DNA from: Octopus vulgaris | Lineage: Eukaryota | Assembly: GCA_951406725.2 (NCBI GenBank) | Contig: OX597818.1 | Coordinates: 56,110,001 to 56,174,000, forward strand | Direction: 5' to 3' | Length of the DNA stretch: 64,000 bases | In this document: in pieces, positions 52,187-64,000 of the stretch | How positions within the stretch are numbered: the first letter of the stretch is position 1 | Layout of the letters: the number at the start of each line of letters is the position of its first letter | Made by a program: the position numbers and the translations under genes | Notes under the pieces: model-generated | What the model was told of the DNA's origin: nothing | Databases searched by the model: none | What the model saw: only the letters and a program-made list of their open reading frames with translations

Positions 52187-55100
52187 AAGTTGCCGACAGA
52201 GATCAAAGAGGTTGCCGACATAGACCAAAGATAAGTACCGAAAAAGATCAAAGATGGTGCCGACAGAGATGAAAGAGGAGTACCGAAAGAGATCTTATTC
52301 GGTACTCCTCTTTGGTCTCTGTCGGCAACCTCTTTGATCTCTGTCGGCACCCTCTTTGATCTCTTTCGATCAGAGATCAAAGAGGGTGCCGAAAGAGATC
52401 AAAGAGGGTGCCGACAGAAATCAAAGAGGGTGCCGACAGAGATCAAAGGGGAGTACCGAAAAAGATCAAAGAGGGTACCGACAGAGATCAAAGAGGGTGC
52501 CGACAGAGATCAAAGAGGAGTACCGAAAGAGATCAAAGAGGGTACCGACAGAGATCAAAGAGGGTGCCGAAAGAGATCAAAGAGGAGTCCCGAAAGAGAT
52601 CAGAGGGTGCCGACAGAGATCAAAGAGGAGTACCGAAATAGATCAAAGAGGGTGCCGACAGAGATCAAAGAGGAGTACCGGAAAAGATCAAAGAGGGTTC
52701 CGACAGAGATCAAAGAGGGTGCCGACAGAGATCAAAGAGGGTGCCGACAGAGATCAAAGAGGGTGCCGACAGAGATCAAAGAGGAGTACCAAAAAAGATC
52801 AAAGACGGTTCCGACAGAGATCAAAGAGTGTGCCGACAGAGATCAAAGAGGGTGCCGGCAGAGATCAAAGAGGGTACCGACAGAGATCAAAGAGGAGTAC
52901 CGAAAAAGATCAAATAGGGTTCTGACAGAGATCAAAGAGGGTGCTGACAGAGATCAAAGAGGAGTGCCGAAAGAGATGAAAAAGGAGTACCGAAAAGATC
53001 AAAGAGGGTGCCGACAGAGACCAAAGAGGAGTACCAAAAACAGATCAAAGAGGGTGCCGACAGAGATCAAAGACGGCGCCGACAGAGATGAAAGAGGAGT
53101 ACCGAAAAAGATCAAAGAAGGTACCGACAGAGATCAAAGAGGGTGCCGAAAGAGATCAAAGAAGGGCCGACAGAGATCAAAGAGGGTGCCGAAAGAGATC
53201 AAAGAGGGGCCGACAGAGATCAAAGAGGAGTACCGAAAAAGATCAAAGGAGGTGCCGAAAGTGATCAAAGAGGAGTACCGAAAAATATCAAAGAGGAGTA
53301 CCGAAAAAGATCAAATAGAAGTACCGAAAGAGATCAAAGAGGGTACCGACAGAGATCAAAGAGGGTGCCGAAAGAGATGAAAGAGGACTACCGAAAGAGA
53401 TCAAAGAGGGTGTCGAAAGAGATCAAAGAGGGCGCCGACAGAGATCGAAGAGGGTGCCGACAGAGATCAAAGAGGGGACCGAAAGAGATCAAAGAAGGGC
53501 CGACAGAGATCAAAGAGGGTGCCGAAAGAGATCAAAGAGGGCGCCGACAGAGATCAAAGAGGGTGCCGACAGAGATCAAAGAGGACTCCCGAAGAAGATC
53601 AAAGAGGGTGCCGACAGAGATCAAAGAGGACTACCGTAAGATATCAAAGAGGGTGTCGAAAGAGATCAAAGAGGGCGCCGACAGAGACCAAAGAGGGTGC
53701 CGACAGAGATCAAAGAGGAGTACCGAAAAGATCAAGGATGGTGCCGACAGAGATGAAAGAAGAGTACAGAAAGAGATCAAAGAGGGTACCGACAGAGATC
53801 AAAGAGGGTGTCGAAAGAGATGAAAGAGGATACCGAACAGGATCAAAGAAGGTGCCGACAGAAATCAAAGAGGGTGCCGACAGAGATCAAAGAGGAGTAC
53901 CGAAAAATATCAAATAGGAGTAACGAAAGAGATCAAAGGGGGGGCGAAAGAGATGAAAAAAGACTACCGAAAGACATCAAAGAGGGTGCCGACAGAGATC
54001 AAAGAGGTTGCCGACAGAGAACAAAGAGGAGTACCGAAAAAGATCAAAGAGGGTGCCGACAGAGATCAAAGAGGGTGCCGACAGAGATCAAAGAGGAGTA
54101 CTGAAAGAGATCAAAGAGGGTACCGACAGAGATCAAAGAGGGTACCGACAGAGATCAAAGAGGGTGCCGAAAGAGATCAAAGAGGACTCTCGAAAGAGAT
54201 CAAAGAGGGTGCCGACAGAGATCAAAGGGGAGTACCGAAAGAGATCAAAGAGGACTCCCGAAGAAGATCAAAGAGGGTGCCGACATATATCAAAGAGGGT
54301 GCCGACAGAGATCAAAGAGGGTGTCGAAAGAGATCAAAGAGGGTGCCGACAGAGATCAAAGAGGGTGCCGACAGAAATCAAAGAGGAGTACCGAAAAAGA
54401 TCAAAGAGGGTTCCAACAGAGATCAAAGGGGGTGCTGACAGAGATCAAAGAGGGTGCCGGCAGAGATCAAAGAGGGTGCCGACAGAGATCAAAGAGGAGT
54501 ACCGAAAAAGTTCAAATAGGGTTCCGAGAGAGATCAAAGATGTTGCCGACAGAGATGAAAGAGGAGTACCGAAAAAGATCAAAGAAGGTGCCGACAGAGA
54601 TCAAAGAAGGTGCCGACAGAGATCAAAGCTGGCGCCGACAGAGATGAAAGAGGAGTACCGAAAAAGATCAAAGACGGTGCCGAAAGAGATCAAAGAGGGT
54701 GCCGACAGAGATCAAAGAGGGTGCCGACAGAGATCAAAGAGGGGACCGAAAGAGATGAAAGAGGACTACCGTAAGAGATCAAAGAGGGTGTCGAAAGAGA
54801 TCAAAGAGGGCGCCGACAGAGATCAAAGAGGGTGCCGACAGAGATCAAAGATAAGTACCGAAAAAGATCAAAGAGGGTGCCGACAGAGATGAAAGAGGAG
54901 TACCGAAAGAGATCAAAGAGGGTGCCGACAGAGATCAAAGAGGGTGCCGACAGAGATCAAAGAGGGTGCCGACAGAGATCAAAGAGGGTGCCGACAGAGA
55001 TCAAAGAGGGTGCCGAAAGAGATCAAAGAGGAGTACCGAAAAAGATCAAAGAGGAGTACCGAAAGAGATCAAAGAGGGTACCGACAGAGATCAAAGAGGG

Positions 55101-57406
55101 TGCCGAAAGAGATCAAAGATAAGTACCGAAAAAGATCAAAGAGGGTGCCGACAGAGATCAAAGAGGAGTACCGAAAGAGATCAAAGAGTGGGCCGACATA
55201 GATCAAAGAGGGTGCCGACAGAGATCAAAGAGGGTGCCGACAGAGATCAAAGAGGAGTACCGAAAGAGATCAAAGAGGGAACCGACAGAGATCAAAGAGG
55301 GTGCCGAAAGAGATCAAAGAGGACTCCCGAAAGAGATCAAAGACGGTGCCGACAGAGATCAAAGAGGAGTACCGACAGAGATCAAAGAGGGTGTCGATAG
55401 AGATCAAAGAGGAGTACCGAAAAAGATCAAAGAGGGTGCCGAAAGAGATGAAAGAGGACTACCGAAAGAGATCAAAGAGGGTGCCGACAGAGATCAAAGA
55501 GGAGTACCGACAGAGATCAAAGAGGGTGTCGAAAGAGATCAAAGAGGACTCCCGAAAAAGATCAAAGAGGGTGCCGACAGAGATGAAAGAGGAGTACCGA
55601 AAAAGATCAAAGACGGTGCCGACAGAGATCAAAGAGGGTGCCGACAGAGATCAAAGAGGGTGCCGAAAGAGATGAAAGAGGACTACCGAAAGAGATCAAA
55701 GAGGGTGTCGAAAGAGATCAAAGAGGGTACCGACAGAGATCAAAGAGGGTGCCGACAGAGATCAAAGAGGTGCCGAAGAGATCAAAGAGGGTACCGACAG
55801 AGATCAAAGAGGGTACCGAAAGAGATCAAAGAGGGTGCCGACATAGATCAAAGAGGGTGCCGACAGAGATCAAAGAGGGTGCCGACAGAGATCAAAGAGG
55901 GTGCCGACAGAGATCAAAGAGGGTGCCGAAAGAGATGAAAAAGGACTACCGACAGAGATCAAAGAGGTTGCCGACAGAGATCAAAGAGGAGTACCGAAAA
56001 AGATCAAAGAGGGTGCCGACAGAGATCAAAGAGGGTGCCGACAGAGATCAAAGAGGAGTACCGAAAAAGATCAAAGAGGGTGCCGACAGAGATCAAAGAG
56101 GAGTACCGAAAAAGATCAAAGAGGGTACCGACAGAGATCAAAGAGGGTGCCGACAGAGATCAAAGAGGGTGCCGACAGAGATCAAAGAGGGTGCCGACAG
56201 AGATCAAAGAGGGTGCCGACAGAGATCAAAGAGGGTGCCGACAGAGATCAAAGAGGAGTACCGAAAAGATCAAAGAGGGTGCCGACAGAGATGAAAGAGG
56301 TTGCCGAAAGAGATCAAAGAAGGACCGACAGAGATCAAAGAGGGAGCCGAAAGATATCAAAGGGGGGCCGACAGAGATCAAAGAGGAGTACCGAAAAAGA
56401 TCAAAGAGGAGTACCGAAAAAGATCAAAGAGGGTGCCGACAGATATCAAAGAGGGTGCCGACATAGATCAAAGAGGAGTACCGAAAAAGATCAAAGAGGA
56501 GTACCGAAAAAGATCAAAGAGGGTGCCGACAGAGATCAAAGAGGGTGTCGACAGAGATCAAAGAGGAGTACCGAAAAAGATCAAAGAGGGTACCGACAGA
56601 GATCAAAGAGGGTGCTTTTTCGGTACTCCTCTTTGGTCTCTGTCGGCACCCTCTTTGATCTCTTTCGACAACCTCTTTGTTCTCTTTCGGTACTCCTTTT
56701 TCATCTCTTTCGGCACTCCTCTTTGATCTCTGTCGGCACCCTCTTTGATCTCTGTCGGCACCCTCTTTGATCTCTGTCGGCACCCTCTTTGATCTTTTTC
56801 GGTACTCCTCTTTGATCTCTGTCGACACCCTCTTTGATCTCTGTCGGCCCCTCTTTGATCTCTTTCGGCACCCTCTTTGATCTTTGATCTTTTTCGGTAC
56901 TCCTCTTTGATCTCTTTCGACAATCTCTTTGATCTCTTTCGGCACTCCTCTTTGATCTCTGTCGGTACCCTCTTTGATCTTTTTCGGTACTCCTCTTTGA
57001 TCTCTGTCGGCAACCTCTTTGCTCTCTATCGGCACCCTCTTTGATCTTTCGACAACCTCTTTGATCTCTTTCGGTACTCGTTTTTCATCTCTTTTGGTAC
57101 TCCTCTTTGATCTTTTTCGGTACTCCTCTTTGGTCTCTTTCGGCAACCTCTTTGATCTCTGTCGGCACACTCTTTGATCTCTTTCGACAACCTCTTTGAT
57201 CTCTTTCGGTACTCCTTTTTCATCTCTTTCGGTCTCTGTCGGCAACCTCTTTGATCTCTGTCGGCACCCTCTTTGATCTCTTTCGACAACGTCTTTGATC
57301 TCTTTCGGCACCCCTCTTTGATCTTTTTCGACAGAGATCAAAGAGGAGTACCGAAAAAGATCAAAGAGGGTGCCGACAGAGATCAAAGAGGAGTATCGAA
57401 AAAGAT
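52187..57406. repeat. ~5.2 kb minisatellite of 22-bp (GAGATCAAAGAGGGTGCCGACA) and 23-bp (AAGATCAAAGAGGAGTACCGAAA) variant units with internal inversions
   Basis: Directly visible; orientation + ~52187-52294, - ~52295-52368, + ~52369-56614, - ~56615-57329, + ~57330-57406. Confidence 0.97.
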
Positions 57407-59504
57407 GATAAGCAACAGCCAAATTCTAGGGTTAATGACATTGAGTGACCCCTCTCTTCCAATTTCTGGCCTTGTCTTCCTTTATCAGATGGGTAATCAT
57501 GATGGGTGTATTGATGGGTATTTCTGGCCTTGTCTATATTAGAAACCATTGTTATTGCGATTATCATCATTAAGTGAGAGAGCAGCACACACCAACAAAG
57601 TGAAGCTGGGGTACAAATATACAAAGCCCAATATACCCATCATGATTACCCATCTGATAAGGGTACACTAGGCATATGCATCTCACTCATATGTACGCAA
57701 CATTATGAGCACATATGATAAACTATACATGATCTTGCTGGTGGGGCCCAGCTAGAATTTCCTTCAGGTCAAGTAGCCGTTCCCACACAAAAGGCCCTGA
57801 ATAAGAATTGTTTAAGGATGATGAACAAAACACCCATATTTGCAATGGTGAATTATTTAAACTCCAAAGAATTCCTCTCAACACATGGTTTGATACTTTC
57901 CACTACAGCTTGTGATCAGAGATGCATATATTGTCAGTCACTAAGGGACATGCTTGACTGGCATTAAAGGTCCACAAACAAATCCATGATATTCAGCAGA
58001 ATATTTGCTGTAATCCATCTTTTACACCAAGACAAAATATTATCACCATTTATAATTACAGTAATCCCTCAACTATTGCGGGTATTACATTCCAAAACCC
58101 CCAGCAACAGGTGAAAATCTGTGAAACAGAAGCAGGACTGTACTGTATATTATTATTATTATTATAATCAAGGTGGCGAGCTGGCAGAATCATTAGCACA
58201 GGGAAAATGCTTAGCGGCATTTCATCTGAGTTCAAATTCTTCCGAGGTCAACTTTGCCTTTCATTCTTTCGGGACCAATAAAATAAGTACCAGTTGAACA
58301 TTGGGGTCGATGTAATCGACTCGTCCCCACTTCTCCCAAGCTGCCCTTGTGGTAAAAATTTGAAATGATTATTATTATAATCAGGAAGTAAGCTGACAGA
58401 CTCATTAGCATGTGGGACAAAATGCTTAGTTTACATTGATGCACCTAATATGTAAATTGGTATATCCAATAACTTAACACCGCTGTATGCAGTGGGTATA
58501 CAAGCAATGTGTTTGGAGGCAAGAATGGGTTGGATGGGTACTGATGAAGGGACAAAAACCCCTGAAATATATATATACTCATTACCCACATTTGTCTTTG
58601 ATTTGTCTTCACCGTTTGTTTACATCTGACGTCTCAATACAAAACGTTGCAAGTGGCTGAGCACTCCACAGACACGTGTACCCTTAACGTAGTTCGCAAG
58701 GAGATTCAGCATGACACAGAGTGTGACAAGGCCGGCCCTTTGAAATACAGGTACTACGCATTTTTGCCATCTGAGTGGACATAAAAATGTCTTGCTCAAG
58801 GACACAGCGCGTCACCGAGAATCGAACTCAAGACCTTACGATCATGAGCCGAATGCTCTAACCACTAAGCCACGCACCTTCACTCACGTGCATTCACATT
58901 AACTCTAGCACATTGATAGCTACCATGTTTATAGTCAACACTATTAGCAGTCAGCAACTGATAAATACAATGGCTTATGTAACACCTATACTAGCAGTGT
59001 GGCTAAATTCTCTTATAATACATTCACATCTATCTCTTATAATTCACATATATTGGAAACCATAATAGAATGGCCATAGTTTTATTATTATTATTATTAT
59101 TATTATTTTCAATAATTGATTTAGTATGTCTGTGGCTGCTTATGATTTTGTAGTGGACAGAGTTGATATTGTATTATCTGTGGTTGATATCAGATAAGCT
59201 GTGGTGATGGTGGTGGTGGGTCGATATTACATTAGTTGTGTGTGATTTGCATCGGCTGTGTCTGACATTTCATTAACATTGTGTGATATTACATTGGCTC
59301 TGGTTTGTTATAAAATTAGTTATGAGTGATATTGTTTCCGTAATATTTGAAGCACAAATTAGATTGATTAGTGTTCATCATTGATTTAATGTCTAGTTTT
59401 CCAAGCTTGCATAAAGTAAAAAGGAAAAATTATCTTCTCGAGTCATACTGACCCATAGGAACCAGTTTTCCGGTTTCGTGGTGTATGTATTCACCGTCTG
59501 GATG

Positions 59505-59670
59505 CACTAACGTAGCTAGAATGTGTACTGCCCGTGGTGGCCCCTCTGTTTGCCACCCCCATACCCCACAAAAAACATACAATGCCTACAGCAGACCCAA
59601 AAGTTCTGCCCCCTTTAAAAGATCCGCTCTGGGCAGAGCAGGCCTAATGCTTCTGCCAGCTATGCTTGTG
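59505..59670. mobile_element. hAT-like MITE nested in a SINE D copy
   Basis: 8-bp TSD tctggatg/cctggatg; imperfect TIRs cactaacgtagctag / ccagctatgcttgtg. Confidence 0.6.
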
Positions 59671-60143
59671 CCTGGATGGGACACCAATCCATCGCAAAAT
59701 TAATCATCTGTACCAGCTGAGTGGGCTGGAGCAATGTGAAATGAAGAGTTTTTCTCAAGAACACAACACGTCGCCTGGTCCAAGAACTGAAACCACAATC
59801 TTAGGATCAGGAGTCCAACATCCTAACCACTAAGCCAAGTGCCTCCACTCAAGCTTGCACGGATCAGGTCAAATTCACTGAAGCAGAATTTTCTTTGCTG
59901 GATTCTTTTCTTGATGCCTATCCTCACCTGTTTCAAGGTCGTGAAATATTTTCCCTAATCTGGACAGGTTTTCATAGAAAGTTGCCAACAAACGGCACCA
60001 TTTCTGTTGTATTTCTAAAGAACATTTGCAGAACATGATACTCATCCATTGTAACACTGGGTAACCTTAGACTCCACCTTTACTCAAGCCACACTATCAC
60101 CTTTCATATATACCTCCTCCTTTTCTCAATAACCCATCACTAA

Positions 60144-60779
60144 TACCTTCTTCTGTTCCCTACCATATTCCCCTTCCATTTTTCACTCATCTCCCCCTCG
60201 TTCCATCACCCACTTTTGTTCTCCCTTAGTTATTGGGACGACTTTGGGTCTTTGACCTTTACAAATTAGAAGACAATCCTCACTAGTGTTGGTGCCACAG
60301 AAAAAGCACCCAGCACAGTGTGTAAAATGGTTGGCATCAAAGAAGGGCATGCTGAAACCCTGCCAAATCTGACACTGGTGCCTGGTAGAGTCAGCTGACT
60401 CGTCAGTTCCTGTCCAACTCATGCCAACATGGAAACTGGACATCAAAATGATGTTGATGTACCTTCTTCTGTTCCCTACCATATTCCCCTTCCATTTTTC
60501 ACTCATCTCCCCCTCGTCCCATCACCCACTCTCTTTTGTTCTCCCTTAGTTATTGGGACGACTTTGGGTCTTTGACCTTTACAAGTTAGAAGACAATCCT
60601 CACTAGTGTTGGTGCCACAGAAAAAGCACTCAGCACAGTGTGTAAAATGGTTGGCATCAGGAAGGGCCATGTCGAAACCCTGCCTAATCTGACACTGGTG
60701 CCTGGTGGAGTGATCTGAATCATCAGATCCTGTCCAACTCATGCCAACATGGAAACTGGACATCAAAACGATGTTGATG
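60144..60779 (+). repeat. Direct tandem duplication of ~316 bp (60144-60459, 60460-60779) including a SINE B fragment
   Basis: Both units start taccttcttctgttccctacc and end gatgttgatg; scattered substitutions. Confidence 0.92.
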
Positions 60780-61169
60780 ATGGTGATACAACTCAGATAT
60801 ATCTTTTATATGATAGCAATATGGTGTTGATATCACACCTCAATAAACAACTACTGTGAGAGCAAATATCAATATGGAAAATTCTATGAACAGGGCCTCA
60901 TTAATTACCAAAAAGGAATTGGTGAGACCATATTTTATAAAATACTCGCAATGAAATATACTTGTATTCTAAAGAAATGCCTCTTAAAATGGTGATGATG
61001 ATGATGAGGGGAATAACGAAAATGAGATCTTCATAATGAACAATATGTTCTGGAAATTTATACAAATATTTTCTTTTCTGTAAGAAGTGGTAATAAAAAA
61101 AAATGTTTACCTATTTTTTCAGTATTTTCTCAAATATTTTAACGAGAGAAATTCCCAGTTAAATTGACA

Positions 61170-61715
61170 TAATAATAATGATAATAATAATAATAATAAT
61201 AATAATGAAATTATTGTATACAGTGCTCAGGTGCACCACAACTTGTCAGAAAGTGCATATAAAGTACATGCAGTAATGTAATGTCTGGAAAGTGAACATG
61301 CTTGTGTGTGTATGGAGGGGAGAAAATCAAGTGTAGTGTTGGCGAATCTCAGGAAGCATGGAAGTTTTGAAGGATGCAGTGCTCCGACAACTAACAACCG
61401 ATGCCGGCAGTTTGTTCCACGCTTCAGCAACTCTCAGCGTGAAAAAATGTTTCCTAAAGTCATGGGAGCTGTGCTGTTTTCTGACTTTGTAAATATGTCC
61501 ACGGGTGTTAGATGGGTGGAGTTTGAAGAGGTGCTCAGAGTTATTGTTTGTAAGATGGTTCATAATTTTATGGGTGTCTACTAAGTCAGTTGCCAGACGT
61601 TGGAGTTTCAATGTGTCCATGCCCAGGGAAGTAAGGCATTCAGGATATGGCAAATGCCTGATGGAGCGTATTCTCTTGGTTGCACGTCGCTGAACAGCTT
61701 CCAGACGATTGATGT
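61170..61715 (-). mobile_element. 5'-truncated CR1-type LINE (ORF2 C-terminus, 3'UTR, (ATT)n tail)
   Basis: ORF 61327-61653: ...TRGHIYKVRKQHSSHDFRKHFFTLRVAEAWNKLPASVV, the typical CR1-clade ORF2 end (RGH...FF..RV...WN.LP). Confidence 0.9.
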
Positions 61716-62385
61716 CATGACTTATATTTGATTTATTTAACCTTGATAGAATATCAGATGAAATTAATTCCTGCCAGATTTAAACACGAGTTCCCACACA
61801 GCCGTCTCCATTCGTCCGTCCTATTTCGCTGTGAACAAAATATTCGCGCAGTCGATGAATGAAATAAAAGTTTTCCTAGAGTTACTTCCCTTGTCTAGTG
61901 TTGTACTCGTAGATTACTCCCCTTGATAATATAACTTAAATAGAGAATTATTCCACAGTGGTTAGTTTTCGCTTGGTTTTAGTCATTATTTTCAAACTAC
62001 CAGGATAAGTATTTTTTTATAACGGTGATATTCAACATCCAGCAATGTTATTATCAGTTGTGTACAACCATTGTCGATAACAACAAAGGCTGGTGTTAAA
62101 TACCACAACACAACAGAAAAACTTATACAAAGATCTCTGAATGAAGTAAGGGAGGTAACTTTGTTCGTACTACCAACCCAACATGTTGATGATCATTGAA
62201 TTTGTTCCATAAATCTGACCCGTGGCTAAACAACATTGTTTTCTTAAATTGTTCGTACGGTTGATGTGTAATAGTGGTGTGTCACTTTAGTGTGCGATCT
62301 ACCTCGTCACTTACACTTAAGCGTGTAGGCTAAACATTGGTACTACTTGAGAACAGTGATCCCGGTGCGCGCACTCGCGTACTCG

Positions 62386-62552
62386 CGCATCCGCGCTAGC
62401 TAGTCATGACTAGTCGACCCTGACTGTTTTTGTGTGTTATTTACTTTAACAAAAATTGTTTACTCAGTGTAAAAAAATTATTTATTTTGTGTTTTATTTA
62501 CTTTGCTAAGAGTCGTAGGATCGACTAGTCACGACTAGCTATCGCGGATGCG
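62386..62552. repeat. CpG-rich ~35-bp inverted repeat around an AT-rich spacer
   Basis: cgcatccgcgctagctagtcatgactagtcgacc vs ggatcgactagtcacgactagctatcgcggatgcg. Confidence 0.8.
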
Positions 62553-62553
62553 A

Positions 62554-63135
62554 TTTGACTGAGGACTGGCGAACCAGATGGCTGCACCAGGCTCCAATCT
62601 GATCTGGCAGGGTTTCTACAGCTGGATGCCCTTTCTAATGCCAACCACTCAGAGAGTGTAGTGGGTGCTTTTACATGCCACCAGCACAAGGGCCAGTCTG
62701 GTGGTACTGGCAACAGCCATGCTCAGATGGTGTTTTTTATGTTCCACCTGCACAGGAGAGTCCAGTGGCACTGGCAACGACCTCACTCGAATACTTTTTC
62801 ACGTGCCACCGGCACAAGTGCCAGTAAGGAGTCACTAGTAACGATCACGTTCAAATGGTGCTTTTACGTGCCACCACCACAGAAGCCAGTCAGTTGCTCT
62901 GGCAACGATCACACTCGGATGGTGCTCTTAGCGCTTTCATTAGCACGGATGCCAGTCATGGAATCTGATTTCGATTTCTCTTGCCTCAACAGGTCTTCGC
63001 AAGCAGAGTTTAGGGTCCAAAGGAGGAAAAGGTACGCATAAGCGGGCTGGTTACACCGCTGGCATAAGCAACGAGGTTATGGTCTCACTTGGCTTGCTGG
63101 GTTTTCTCAAACACAGCTTATTTCCATAGGTCACT
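62554..63135 (-). mobile_element. SINE family B, long copy with several internal ~45-60 bp repeats
   Basis: Repeated gtgcttttacgtgccacc units. Confidence 0.8.
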
Positions 63136-63159
63136 GTTGAGACAATGATGATTAAAATG

Positions 63160-63400
63160 TTTACATTATTTACATTTGACGGATATTTGTCCTCATCTTG
63201 TTTGTTGTTAACACAATGTTTCGGCCGATATACCCTCCAGCCTTCATTAGGTGTCTTGGGGAAATTTCAAACCTGGGTTCTTATTCCTAAGGTATTTTTC
63301 AATATCATTATCATTATTATTATTCAGGTCACTGCCTGGAATCGAACTCGGAATCTTGGAGTTAATAGCCCACGCTCTTAACCTCTATGCCATATGCCTG

Positions 63401-63436
<36 letters not shown>

Positions 63437-63578
63437 TCGAAAATACCTTAGGACTGAAAACCCAGTTTTGAAATTTCCCCAAGACACCTGATGAAGGCTG
63501 GAGGGTATATCAGCCGAAACATTGTGTTAACAACAAACAAGATGAGGACAAATATCCATCAAATGTAAATAATGTAAA
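63160..63578. mobile_element. tRNA-headed element with ~145-bp inverted arms bearing Penelope-type hammerhead motifs
   Basis: Arms 63160-63305 / 63434-63578; central minus-strand tRNA-like head 63325-63400 (TGGCATAGAGG, GAGTTCGATTCC) between (AAT)n tracts. Confidence 0.8.
63483..63528 (+). ncRNA. Minimal type I hammerhead ribozyme motif
   Basis: Stem I gacac/gtgtt, core CTGATGA(A), stem II ggctg/cagcc, GAAA, vestigial stem III ACAT, putative cleavage after 63523. Confidence 0.65.
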
Positions 63579-63840
63579 TAATGTACATAATTCCTCATCT
63601 CTTAAATAGAGAATTTGTATTATTAAAAGGCAAAGTATGTTAATAACATTAGTCATTAACCCTCTCAGACCAGGGCCCCTGTGCCTAATTTTACCCTCCA
63701 CCCGGAGGGCTCCTGAGCAAAACAATAAATAGTTGCACACACAGCTCAAGAGTAACGATTGCAGGCAAACCAATGGACAGAATCACTAAAAAAATTCACA
63801 ACAATAATAATAATAATAATAAGTAGTAGTAGTAGTAGTT

Positions 63841-63873
<33 letters not shown>

Positions 63874-64000
63874 ATAATAATAACAATAACAATAAGCCTA
63901 TCTCTCAACTACCATATTTGTTCATTGCAGGCAAACCAATGGACAGAATCACAAAGCAAAACAAAAAAAATCAAGAGAATAACAATGATAAGCTTATCTT

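Noticed and set aside
52187-57406. CRISPR-like array or repetitive protein gene
   Set aside because: No unique spacers, eukaryotic context, contiguous units with inversions and no splice structure; it is a minisatellite.
63325-63400. tRNA gene (also the heads at 2352, 14347 and 22200)
   Set aside because: A/B boxes are present, but there is no proper acceptor stem and each is fused to a repeat body; these are SINE heads.

Overview
AT-rich, repeat-dense animal genomic DNA. The SINE families, (TA)/(CA)/(GAT)/(AAT) microsatellites and an 18S copy with a very large V7 expansion point to an octopus/coleoid cephalopod (my inference, not a database result). Most listed ORFs are artefacts of microsatellites or SINEs. 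By splice-site and phase matching I assembled a complete 8-exon + strand gene (28937-51277) for a ~393 aa type I membrane protein: signal peptide, two Ig-like domains, one TM helix, and a cytoplasmic tail ending in a class I PDZ-binding motif (STNV). The last two coding exons of an unidentified upstream + strand gene probably lie at 7045-7134 and 9873-9965. Other contents: a CpG-decayed 18S rRNA pseudogene split by a piggyBac-type MITE, non-autonomous Helitrons (one a head-to-tail dimer), deleted mariner/Tc1 elements, hAT/piggyBac MITEs, CR1-type LINE 3' ends, and a 5.2 kb 22/23-bp minisatellite with four internal strand switches. The most unusual item is a tRNA-headed element flanked by inverted arms that carry Penelope-type minimal hammerhead ribozyme motifs (63160-63578). 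Repeat boundaries were read by eye and are approximate.
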